This document shows, one piece after another, positions 12,330 to 24,184 of a stretch of 64,000 nucleotides of DNA. A program made the position numbers and the translations under genes. The stretch's first letter is position 1. Each line of letters opens with the position of its first letter. The DNA comes from Anthoceros angustus (taxonomy: Eukaryota > Plantae > Anthocerotophyta): the NCBI GenBank assembly GCA_010909165.1, contig MU008188.1, forward strand, positions 682,001 to 746,000, given 5' to 3'. Below the pieces are notes generated by a model. The model was given only the letters and a program-made list of their open reading frames with translations, made no database searches and was not told the origin of the DNA.

Positions 12330-15300
12330 GAGGCCGCCCACGGTCGCCCACAATACGTCAAATTCGGCGAGAAAAGAAGGGAGATGACGAGGCGTTGTAA
12401 GAACTTTGAGCACGTCTCCCACGCTAATTTGGAGGATGGAGTCGCCGATCGACGCATCTTTCCGGGCTGCGAGAGGGCACGCTGGCGGTATCGCACTACA
12501 ATGCGGTGGCGCCAACGGATTGGGAAGCCCTCAAAGCAGCCTTCTTGAATCGGTTCCGAGGGCTCAGCTATGCACACCATACTTTGGCAAAGCTGAGGAC
12601 CCTTCGTAGGAAGAAGCGAGAATCTCTGTTTGATTATGTGGAAAGGTTTTACGGGTATCTGGATCGAGTTCCGAAATGTGCACCCGAGAGGCCGGGGGAT
12701 CCACCCACCTCTGGGTACTCACAAGAGCAAGCGTTGGATTGGTTCGTGAGTGGCTTGTCTCGAAAATGGAGGTACGCACGTGGACAAACGTTGGCGGAGC
12801 CCTCCGCTTGGCGAGGAATGGGAATCGCCGAGTTAGGGAGGAGGAGGAAGAAGAGGCGAAGTCATAAGAAGAGGAAAGGTCGAGGATCGAGCTCCTCGTC
12901 TTCTCTCCTCCTCCAGCTCGTCGCCTCATCCTCATCGAGAGGAGCGGAACTCAAGAAAGCTCCACATCGGATGAAGAATCGAGAGAAGGCCTACTGACGC
13001 GAATGAAGAAGGACTGGAGAAGGTCAAAAGAAGGCGAAGAGGCGGGCGCTGGAGAAGGAGAGGAAAGGGAAGACGGTCCGTCGGATGGAGAAGGGAGAAA
13101 CGTCCACAGCGGGAGGTGGAATTGCGGGACAAGTGGAGGCTTTAACCAAGAGATTGACCGAGTTAGAGGTCAAAGCTGTGAAGAATCAAGCTCCACGGAG
13201 ATCTCCCTCACCGGCGAGACAGTTGGTGTATTGCTCAATTTGTCATCAAACGGGACACACCAACAGGGAATGTATTCGCGCACCACGCCATGCTGTAAAT
13301 CATGTGGACACCGTCATGCCAGGGGATTATTGGTATGTGGATGAAGCTTACCAGGTGCAAGCGGTCAGGACCTCAATCAATGAGGGCGACTTACCAACCT
13401 ACAGTTCCCTCGAGGTATGGATCGCGACACATCGCCAGACCATGGAGACCGGATTCATCAGAGGCCGATGGCGATTCCACAAGGATGTTGTATAATTGCG
13501 GAGCACCGGGTCACTACTCAAACGAATGCCCAAGTGGGTACCTTTGTCTGGAATTGGGACATAAGATGGGGATCCCGTGCTCGTGGCGAGTAACAATGGG
13601 GTCGGGTTCGAACCGGTGGTAGAGGAGGCACGACCCAACCCGAACCGCGATCGTGACCACGGCGGTGTTGGAGGCGAGTATGATTTCCTCGGCGATCCAG
13701 GTGTGTGGAAAGAGGAAGGTGAAGGAGAGATGAGCGGATGAAGGGTTGATGGTGGCCAAGGTGACCACCGGATCGCGACGGAGAAAGGCCGAGGCGGAAA
13801 ACGGCGTGAGCAGAGGAAAGGAAGGAGGAAGGTGAGGGACGACTCACCGCCTCCGGAGCAGCGGCGTCAGCGTGAGGAAGGAGCAGGCCCACCCAACCGG
13901 GCGGGCACTACCGGTGGTCGGCACCTGAGGTAGACGGCTACCCGGTAGGCGCGAAGAAGGGCAGGAAGGAGGAGGAGCAGACGCGTTCCTCCTCCATCGG
14001 CGAGTGGCGGATCGGAGGATGAGCTGAACAGCTCACCCGGACGTGAAGAAGAAGGTGGCGAGCCGAATTTGATCCGGGGTATAGGGTCCCACCCGGCGAG
14101 GGACCATGGAATCGGAACTTTACCAATAAGGTCGGAGTCGACCCGGTGTGGCTGCAAACGGGGAGGAAACCTTGTCAGATAAGATCTCCAGTTTCGCTGA
14201 CGCATTGCTTGACCGCGAATTTGTGGTCAGTTTGAGACAGTTGCTTGCGGTGAGTCCGAGATCCCGCAAAATTGTGAAGGAAGCGATCAGGGGAATCCCT
14301 GAAGTAGTGGGGGTGAGGAAACGGCCGTGGAGGTAAATGTGGTCGAACTTGTTGATTTGGGGGCACCCGAGATTGAGGTTGAAATTGCAGGATGCTTGGT
14401 GCCCAATGTGCCATTGGATTCGGGATCGGGAGTCAACTTGATGACAGAGGAGACAGCTCATCAACTTGGGTTCACTGAGTTCCACCCGCCCGAGTGTTTT
14501 CGGATGGGACCAAACAAGAGGAAGCCACAGGGGTGAAGAATGTACCAACTGTGATTGGGGTCTCACCTTCCATCTACCTACATTGTGATGCGGGTTTGGA
14601 TTTAGGCTATAAGGTTTTGATAGTAGGCCTTGGTTGTATGGTCGCATGTGTCTTTGATTTTGTCGTAGTACCTTCAAGTCCAATAGGGTAGGACCTGCGG
14701 TGATCGCTTTTGTGTCATGGAGCAAGGCTCCCTATGAGGGGGAGTCTGCACTCCAGTCTGATGGGTACACCTCAGGTAGCACGGGGGTAAGCTCCTCGGG
14801 CAGTGACCGAGCTTATCGGGGACCTTCAGCCGAGGTTGCCGAAATAAAAGTTGATTTGGAGTATTCATGTTTGCACGTAGAGGACGTCGTAGAGTCGGAT
14901 GAGGCACATAGAGAGGGAGTAGCCTTTTGGAAGGGTAAAGCCTATGATCGTGATTTTCCTGAGGAGGGATCTGGGACCAGTACAGGTAGCAGTCCGGAAG
15001 GGACATACGTCGATCCCGATGCTGTAGAGGACTTAGAGTTAGAGCCCGGCAAGGTAGTCAAGGTTTCTAGGTATCTAGGACAGATAGAGAAAGAAGAGTT
15101 TCGTAGTATGCTTAGGGAGTATGTCGATGTGTTTGCCTTCAAGATTACTGACATGACAGGAATTCCGGAAGAACTGGGGATACATCGAATCGACTTGAAG
15201 GAGGGCAGCGCTCCGGTGAGGATCAAGCAGTACAGGCTGAATCCCAAGTATTCCATGGTCGTTAAGGATCAGCTTGACCAATATTTGGAGGCAGGAGTAA

Positions 15301-18160
15301 TTTACCCGGTGCTCACTAGCGAGTGGGTTGCACCTATCGTGATTGTACCAAAGAAGCAGCAGGGAAAGGTTCGGGTATGCCAGGATTTCAGGAAGCTCAA
15401 TGAAGCGACGAAGAAGGATCATCACCCTTTGCCTTTCATGGACGAGCTGGACACTATGGCCGGACATGAGATGTATAGTTTCTTGACGGATTCGGTATCA
15501 ATCTCGCGGAAGGAAGATCGTGACAAGACAACATTCACGGATTGGGGAACCTACGCTTATTCAAAACTCCCTTTCGGGTTGTGATGCCCGCCACTTTCCA
15601 GTGGTGACGCGATATTCCGAGATTTTCCGGAAGTTCATGGAGGTATTCCTAGATGATTTGCGTGTTTGGGAGGAGAAGACATCTAGATCATTTGAGACAA
15701 TGTTTCCGAAATGCGAGAGTCGAACATGAAACTTCATCCCGGGAAGTGTTATTTCGGTATGACGGAGGGCATTTGTTAGCACATCGAGTCTCTGTACGAG
15801 GATTGCAGGTAGATAAGGAGAAAGTAGCAGTTATAGCTGAGATGGACGCACCACAAACGGTGAGACAGGTGCGTGCGTTTGTAGGGCTGGTAGGATATTA
15901 CAGGAGGTTCATCAAGGATTTCGCTAAGAAGGCAGCCTTGCTGACACAATTGACCAAGAAGGATATACCTTTCGAATGGACGAACGCAAGACAGGAGGCT
16001 TTTCTGAAGGCAGTTTAGTAGCGCGCTACAACCGATTGGGAGAAACCGTTTCACGTATACGTGGATGTGTCCGCTTATGCCATTGGGACCGTCTTAAGCC
16101 AGAAGGACGAGAAGAAGCGGGATCATCCGATTTTCTATGCGGGTGGCGACTCACGGATCGAGAAGAACTACTCAACCACGGAGCGGGAGGGTCTTGGTAT
16201 CATTTACTCTGTAAGAAGTTTAGACACTATCTGCTTGCTTGCAAGGTGACGTTCCATGTTGACCATTTTGCGTTGAAGTACCTTGTCAACAAGCGGTTGT
16301 CGAAGGATTGCCGGTGGGTACTACTGCAATTGACTCGACGTGGAAACTAGGCCAGGGAAGCAGCATCAAAATGCTGATTTTATTTCTCGTCTGAAAACCG
16401 GAGAGCGACTTGAGGCCACCGGATTTCACGAGGAGTTGGTCGCCGACTGGGTCAAGGAGGAGGACGTGAGCATCTTGTAGACGGCCTAAGAATTGATCAG
16501 CAAGTCTTGTTGCGAGAGGCCAAATGAGCAAGAAGGGCGTTGTGCAGGAAAAGCTGCAGCAGGACAATCTGGAAATCCGAGGGGAGATAGGATGGCGCCA
16601 GCATGGGCGCGAGGAGGAGGCTGGAATGCTCCTCAAGGGTGAGCAGTCAGGAGGGCTGCAAGTGGAGGCCACGAGTTGGCAAAGGAAGGAGGTACACCCC
16701 ATGACAAGCTTGAAGAAAAAGGAGAAGGAGATGGCGGATTCATGGGAAATCACTCCTAAGGAGGACATGGAGGTGCAGGAAGGCGAAGAGGTCGCCATGG
16801 GAGCACGAGCTGGACCTAGTCATGAGGCAAGGCCAGCAGGAATGGAAGAGATCAGCCCGATGTCGTCGGAGGAGGAGCATGCAAACGCTGCAGCCAAGAA
16901 CGTGCGGCATGGCGGCAGGAGGCGATGGATTGTAGATGGATCCACGCCACTAGGGCTACTAACGGCTAGCGGGAGGCGGCGTAGTCCCGAAGGAGGAGAT
17001 TAGAACGAGGGGCGTTCATGCCCAAGATATCTGTTGAACGGTGAAGTACGCAAGTTCTGCATGGAATCATGCCCGATGGTTTGTCGGGAGCTGTTTTCTC
17101 CATAAAGCACCCTATCGCCTAAGGGAAGACGTCCTATACAAGCTTGGGCCGGACGAGAAGATCCGGAGATGCCTCGAGGTTGAAGGCGCACTTCACGGAG
17201 CGCTACATGCGAGAGGCGGTGGACACTATTCGGTACAGGTGACCGTTAAGAAGATCTTGAATGCAGGGTTCTGGTGGGCTACGATGCAGAAGGATGTGTG
17301 GGAGTTCACTCGGAGGTGTGATGCGTGTCAGAGGGTTGGGCGGCCTACATTGTCGACAATGGCCTCTCACCTACATACTACCGTTAGCACCATTCGAGAA
17401 GTGGGGAATCGATTTGTGGGCCAATCAAACCACCGCAATGGACAAGAAGCGACATTTTGGTGGCTACGGATTATTGCACGAAGATGGTGGAGCGGCGGAA
17501 GGAAGGGCACCTGCGGTGCAAAGTTTTATTCGAGAACATCATAACGAGGTACGGGTGTCCTTTAGAGTTGGTCGGCCAGGGACACATTTCCTCAACTCGT
17601 CGTTGAGTCCCTAACCACCTACTTCAACATTCGAAGGCGACCCCTACAACCCCAAAAGCGATTGACGGAGAAGACGGATTGCTGCACAATCCTCACCAAG
17701 GTAAGGTAGAACACACATGTATGATTGGGATGCTAAGTTGCATTGACCGTGGGCTTCTGAGGACCATGGAGAAAAACCAAGAAGACCCCTTATCTCGGCG
17801 TATGGAATGTCGCCTGTGATGCCCGTGGAATTTGAAGTACCTACCTACAGGATCATGGAGGATGAACGCATGGTAGAGGATAGTCAGGTAGCTAGGTTAG
17901 AATCTTTCATAGAGCAGGAGGAACGTAGGGAAGATGCTTTAGAGGAGACTCGGTGATTCAGAACTCGGAAAGGCCGGCATGATGGAAAAGTGAGAAGCGA
18001 GGTGCGAGGATTTAGTTCTTCTATAGTCGATACGACTTCCGGGAAGCTTAGTGAGATGGATGGGACCTTACGAGGTGGGATATGAGAATGGATCTGTGCA
18101 ACTCCGGGTCTAGGCGGAGAATGTGCCCACGGAGTAATGGGTGGAAGGTTAAGAAGTACC
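12330..18160 (+). pseudogene. Element 2 gag-pol, frameshifted
   Basis: gag WEALKAAFLNRF..ESLFDYVERF; Zn knuckles CSICHQTGHTNREC and YNCGAPGHYSNEC; protease VPLDSGSGVNLM; RT SEWVAPIVIVPKK..VRVCQDFRKLN and FMEVFLDD; RNase H DVSAYAIG..EREGLG..DHFALKYL; integrase GGHY..CDACQR..PFEKWGID. Confidence 0.94.
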
Positions 18161-18205
18161 TTCAGGAGTACTCTGTTTGCGAGGGCAAAGCAGTGAGGAG
18201 GAGTA

Positions 18206-19143
18206 TGTGGAACGCATAAAGTTTGGGCAACCAGTCCAAAAGAGCCGGAGACAAACAAGTTTGATTTTTTTGGCTAAAATGATTGAAGAGGAGCATGCCA
18301 GAAATTTTGAGAACCTTGAAGGTGAGTTGTAGGATATTGTTAGGAAGTCAAGAGGATATCCAGAAAAAGCAGGTCAAAACGACCCCAGTGCGAATGGCAG
18401 TCAAAAGGCGGTGGGGTACTACCATCGTGGGGTCGCCACACTCACGTAGGTGAGAAAGGAGCGGACTACACGGTGGTGGCGGACTACCGCGGTCGATCTC
18501 GGCCGGGAAAATTAGAATAGAGGGGATATCCACTATATGCTCATCAATAGGGAATAAATATATAGGTTAATTAGGTAGCGGCTAGAATAGAAAAATAGGC
18601 GGTTTAGATAGGATTAGGATTTTGTAAATGATGAACCAAATCTAGGGTTGTGCGGCCTCCGTGGCGATCATCCAAAGAAGGCAAAGTGCGAGTTTAGGCG
18701 CCAACTTCCTCTTCGAGTGGCGTCCTCACTTCACGAAGAGTGGAGCGTAGGCGAAAGAGAAGAAAAGGAAGGCGCCATTGTCGTCATCGACTTGCGGTGA
18801 GCAAGAGGAGGCGGCGAGAGGAAACCCTAGGCGAAGGAAGAGGAGGACTCGAGCGCTCCGACACCAGGGTGTTTGGACCCGGTGAAGGAGCGCGAGTCTT
18901 TGGAATGTCAGGCGGAGCCCACGAAGTTGAGGTGCCTGTGTGAGATTGAAGAGATTGAAGGCGAGGTGGAGCAAATTGTGAGCGGAGAAAAGAGGAAGCA
19001 GCCTGCATGGCGCCAGGAGGAGGAGAAATCGCGAGGGAATTAGCGGCCTAGAAGGCTCAAGCCACTAATGTGACTTGTGCCTCGAGGTTGTATTGCTGCT
19101 AGTGACAAGAAGGGGAGTGTTTGGGAGGAAGCTTTGGAGCCCA
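18206..19143 (+). repeat. Element 2 3' LTR, first fragment
   Basis: PPT gaggaggagta (18195-18205) then TGTGGAACG; interrupted at 19144 by element 3. Confidence 0.78.
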
Positions 19144-20079
19144 TGGAGCAGACTTTTGGTCACCCAAGGCGGCGGGAGGCGGCGGATGAATAACGGTTGT
19201 TCGAGGCGGTGGGTAGTAGGTAGGTCGATGTGGTGGGAATGGAGGGGACGTCAGGAGAGTTCGCCTTAGCGAATCGGCGTTTGAGAAGTGGGAGTAGATA
19301 AGCATCTATAGGCATGATAGGTTCCATAAAATTCCTTGGACCATGGGAGTAGGAATATTCGGGAGATAGAAGTTCCTTGGCCTTGAATTATTTAGGTTCT
19401 GCATGGCTATATATGCCAAAAGGGCTAGTTAAGTTGTAAATAGAAAGGAGCTGCGGAGTTTTGGAGGACATGGCGACCATCGGAGGAGGCAATTAAAGCG
19501 ATTTGCATGTACACCAAATCCCAGTTGTGAGGTTTGAGCAGGCGTTTCAGACTGGCGGTGGCCGAGGGAGTAAGTGGAGTTGCGCTCGAAGAAGAAGCGG
19601 CGTGGCCGATTCAGCGGTCAAGGGAGGGCCTTGAACACAGAGCGTCGAGCGCGGGCGGCAGCGGCAAGTGAGCGGGCATGAGAGGATTGCGCTTTGAGGT
19701 TCGGAGATCCAGTGCGCGAGTGGAGGTGCTCAGCGGAGGCGATTGGAGAGGCGCTGAGGAAGCTTGCAGGCTACCAGCGTAAAGCAGCAAGGTGGAAGGG
19801 TGAGGAGATTGAAGGGGCCAAGGCCACCTCTTAGTGGTTGCGTTGAGGCCGGGAGGAGGCGGGAAGACTCCCTTCTGTCTCACCCCCACCACCTCTTTGC
19901 TCTCCACTCTCTTAGCGATAGATTCCAATCTCTCCAATTTTGCTATCCTTGTGTGTGCTCCCCATGCGGATGGTAAGATAGTGAGGACGGGGACGGGGAT
20001 ACGCCCCGGGAGGAAACCTCCGCCACACGCCCACAAAGGGAAAGGAAGAAACACCCAATTCCGAGTTCGAGTGTAGGCG

Positions 20080-22440
20080 CTCCAAATTTCACCTCGAGAT
20101 TTGAGGCGTTAGCGCTATCGCCGAGATGAAGATGGAATGGCAGGTGCACAGGTGGCACTTTGCAGCCTTGGTTCGAGTGTCTTGACATGAGAGTGACCAA
20201 GGCGGGCCAATTCGGAGGATGCGACATCAAGTCATCCTGGGATGTGGAAAACGACATTTCCGGGATACGTGTTGATACCGGAAGCCCACAAGGGAGGGAT
20301 CGGCCAGTTCTCCAAGAATCGGATCCGAGGAGGTTATGAGGTATGTTCCTCGACCGAAGGAGGAAGTATGGTCGCAAGGCAATGGCTGGAGGATCTCTTT
20401 GTTCAAGGAGCGGAAGTGGAATTTATTCGCCAAGATATGGGGACTAACGTCTTGGCGCAAGGAGACGTGCAGAAATTCCCATTTAATGATGATGTATGAG
20501 ATGTCTCAGGAAGTTGGTGGATTGGGCCACCATTCAGATGAGCAGTGTTGCGCCCAACCATTTGGTGATGGAGGGAGCAAGAATCGCTTTGTCTCTACCT
20601 TCCTCGTACACCTATATCGGAGGGAGGAGGTTCTTACACGACTGGAAGAAGCCAAGATAGAAGCTACTCGTGAGGGTGGTGGAAGGAGAGCCATCAGCCC
20701 CGGATGAAGAGCAGACAGACCCTGGGCAAGAGGCCGCCACGCCATGAACCAACATGAGGCCTCGGGATCGAGAACCAACAAGAGAAAGGGAAAGGCCATA
20801 GAAGCACCTCCTACGGAGGAAGGAGGAAAGGATACGAGACCACCTACCGGAGGGTTGAGGATTGGTAGGCCGACAACACCGGTGGGAGTGAACCTCCTAA
20901 GGACCTGTGGAAGGATGGAGGACCTACGGTGGGAACTTTACCTCCTACCAAGAAGTAACAAGACTGAGGCAGTGTGAGAAGAACGCCGAGGGCGTTGGTG
21001 ACCTACGCACCACAGGAGGAGCAGAGGGAAGTGTTTTGAGCGGCATCCTACAAAGGGTAGTTCGTGAGGAAGTGGGCGGGATCTATGGACGCCCTAGGAC
21101 CGTCGGGAGGTGGCCAAGTTCGTCGAACTTCTTGAGACCTCGAAAGGAGCCGGAGGACGCCGAGAAGAAATTGAGAGGAGCTTTGAAAACCACCTCCGAG
21201 AAGCAACACTCCGTGCTAGATCTGGCCAAAGAGCGCGACAGGATGACCACCAAGTTGGTGAATGTGTGGGAAATGATTGACCAGGTCTTAGGACAAGAGG
21301 CAAAATCGGCCAAGAAGGCTGAGGAGTTGGAAACTGCCAGGAAGGAGGCAGAAGGGAAGTTGGAAGCCGCCCTAGCAAGGGTAGGACACATCGAAGCCGC
21401 AAGGAGGAGGCAAGATCTGCTAGCAAGGCCCGTGAGACCTTGAAGACGAGAAGGACCTCCTCGAAGAAGTTAGTTGCCATGGAGCAACGGAAGGAGCATT
21501 ACAAGGGAAAATCTGACTTGGTGAAGAACGACAAGGATGGGACAATGTGACTAAGGGTCACAAAGAGGAGCTTCAGAGAGAACTTTTGGAGCAACGAAGA
21601 AGGCGACGACCTTACACGCCTATGAGGCGGAGGCAAGGAACTGGAAGGAAGTTTTGATGGCCCAACGATCTTTGGAGGGTCTTGGTCATTCGAGGAGCAA
21701 AGTAGGCGGCTCACCATAAACATGGCGATGGAAGCCATGGAGAAAGATAAGGAGATTGGGAGACTTGCCCTGGAGTTGGAGGGAGCGGTAGTGGAGACAA
21801 AGGCCGCATTGGTAGGAGTGACAAATCAGGCCGGGTGGGACGAGTGCGTCATCCCACTAAGGGTCCGCATCATGGACGCACAAAAGAAGGAGAGTAGTAG
21901 GGTGGCGACCTATTACAACAACCTCCTAGAAGCGATTGAGGAACGCTACAGTGAGGAAGACGAAGAAACAGACCTCACGACGTGGAATGGCGACCACAGG
22001 TGAAACTTTGAGTTGGTACAAGGAAAGCAGGTGCTAGACATAGCCGAGAGCGAGCCAAGAAGCACCCTACGGCGACGCCGATGGGAACCTCCCGAGACGG
22101 TGGAGCTATCAAGCGGGAGGAAGAGATGGTAGGATGGTACCTACCAAAGTTCCTACTCGGGAAGGAATGAGGAGGAGGTGACCCCCAGGAAGGGTACCTC
22201 CGGTCACGAAACCAGTGAGGGAAGGAACCCCCATAGCAAGATCCGAGGGTGGTAGGGGGATGAACCGCCTACCAAGACGAGAGGGGAGGAACCTCATCGA
22301 GACGTGGGAGGAATGGAACCTCCTACCACAAAAGACCTACCACCCAATGGGGGGATGTAGGCGGTGCTACCGCATAGTCTGGAAGACTCCCGGAGGTGGG
22401 CAAGGCTAAGCGACCCATCGAGGGAAGACATTGAAGGCTG
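20080..22440 (+). pseudogene. LTR-embedded accessory ORF, family 3, copy in 5' LTR (frameshifted)
   Basis: YVPRPKEEVWSQGNGWRISLFKE..LFAKI..VDWATI..RFVSTFLVHLYR, then a long coiled coil (AMEAMEKDKEIGRLALELEG) and a Pro/Thr/Glu tail. Recurs at ~30400-32762 and ~46850-49200. Confidence 0.75.
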
Positions 22441-22659
22441 AGGCGAACAAAAGCAGTGGGATGTGAGGACCTTTTCAAGAGGACGTTTTGTCCCAAGTGG
22501 TGCACACCTTGGGAAGTGTGAGTATTTAAGAGTGGCGGCGGTGAGCATAGGATATTCGTCAAGGTGAGGTGAGAGGATAAACTGAAGGGGGCGACAAGAG
22601 TCCTATTGTTGGACTTGGCAAGTCGCCTAGCATTAAACTAGCACGAGTGACTCCCCACC

Positions 22660-22666
22660 TATAAAA
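22660..22666 (+). promoter_or_regulatory. Putative LTR TATA box, family 3
   Basis: TATAAAA in ccacctataaaagggagg, conserved at 32997 and 49419; equivalent TATAAG at 406 and 9969 (family 1) and 56459, 62084, 63377 (family 4). Confidence 0.55.
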
Positions 22667-23331
22667 GGGAGGGTGGAAGAATGAATAAACACCGACCTTG
22701 CTTTGTCATGCATTCTTTCTCTCCGCATCCCTTTGTGTGTGTAGCTGAGCCGTCGCCAAGCGGCGAAGGCGAAGGTGGGTTCGGTCGGAGGCCCTCGCGG
22801 TGGGTTCGCTCGGCTCCTCCTCTCGTGAAAGATTGTTGTTGGATGTGCTTTGTTGTGGTGGCCTCCTGCGGGATAGGGCGACTACGCTCGCGTCGGTGTT
22901 CGTTAGCAATCGGCCCGAGAGAAATACCCTAGGTCACCCAGTTGGCAAGGGAGGCGTGCAACCGCGACGTTCTAGTAGAGTTAGATTTGGGGATCGAATG
23001 AAGTGAGTCTTGAATGGGTCCGTGAGCTATGTTTCTTTTGAGAATGGTGAAGAGTTATGGTGTGTCGTTGTAGAGTGAATTGATCGTTGTAGTTGGCATA
23101 GGAGAGTGTTGAGGTGGAGGGAATCCCGAAGGCGTGGAGCGCCGTGGGCGCAACCCAAACACACGGTTGCCCATCGAGGACAAGTAGACCGGCGGATGAG
23201 ACGAGAGTGAGAGGAAGCGACTGCAAACAATCCGAACCAAATCTCTTGGGATCGAACCTACGTATTCAACGACCGTGGGATAAGTGTGGCCACCGAGGCG
23301 AGCTCCGGGTGACCGGGGCAAACCTACCACA

Positions 23332-23353
23332 TTTTTGGCGCCGTTGCCGGGGA
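23332..23353 (+). promoter_or_regulatory. Primer-binding site, element 3 (Athila-type)
   Basis: tttttggcgccgttgccgggga immediately after the LTR-terminal CA. Confidence 0.92.
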
Positions 23354-24184
23354 TTTGCTGTTTGAGGATTGTGTGTGAGTGAATGACAGATAGAGGGAGT
23401 AAACGGGGCATTGCGAGTCCGTCATCCCCCCTTTCAACTCGTGGAGAAAGGGCAGCCAGAAGGGATGAGTATCGACGGCGGATAGAGGCAATCCCGGAGG
23501 TTAGCCGTAGCCATCGCGGCTAGAGTGGAGGTAAGCGAGCCGAAGTCAGCTAAGCGAGGAAGAAAGTAGTACAACACGCCACGCTTAGGGCTCTTGATTG
23601 TTTTGCAGAGAAGAAAGGTCCGACAGCGCCTACTCCGGACGGGAGCCGTGGTTCTTTGGAGCATCAAGAAGACAGAGCGGAACCAGTAACGGAGGCCGTG
23701 CTCATTCCTTTGCGAACCCTTCGAGAGAGGTCACGACGTGGAGTTAGTATCACCACGAACGTGTGAAGACTCGAGGGAAGGAAGTAGGTGGTCCCGCTAC
23801 CACCCGTCCGACCACTCATCCTCTTCCGACACGACACCTTAGAAGATTTTTCTGACTCTCGGAGAAAACGCCTTGTTTGACAGATCACCGAGGGGTCAAC
23901 GAGCGACACGCTGAATTTGTTACCGAGAGGGCTCGGGAGGCAGCCATACGGGCGTTGATCGCGATCAACAGGAGCAAGGATTGGGACACTTACAATCGAT
24001 ATCTCGATCATTTGGCTCGAGCGGAAGTTGTGCAAGCGAAGGTGCAGGCGCGAGAAGAAGCAAGAATTGTGGGAGAGCGAAGACACAATCAAGTCCACAA
24101 CCCACGAGCAAGAGCTGCCCGAGTTTCTCACTTACTCCGGCAGTGTGACTGGTTCTCACCGATCGACACCTTTGCCCATAGCCA

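Larger units (their letters stand above)
19144..23331 (+). repeat. Element 3 5' LTR
   Basis: Starts tggagcagacttttggtcaccc (compare tgtggaacgaagaattttggtcaccc at 45815); ends aacctaccaCA. Confidence 0.9.

Noticed and set aside
20080-22440. Calling the LTR ORF an env gene
   Set aside because: No clear signal peptide or transmembrane segment is visible, and it lies inside the LTR.
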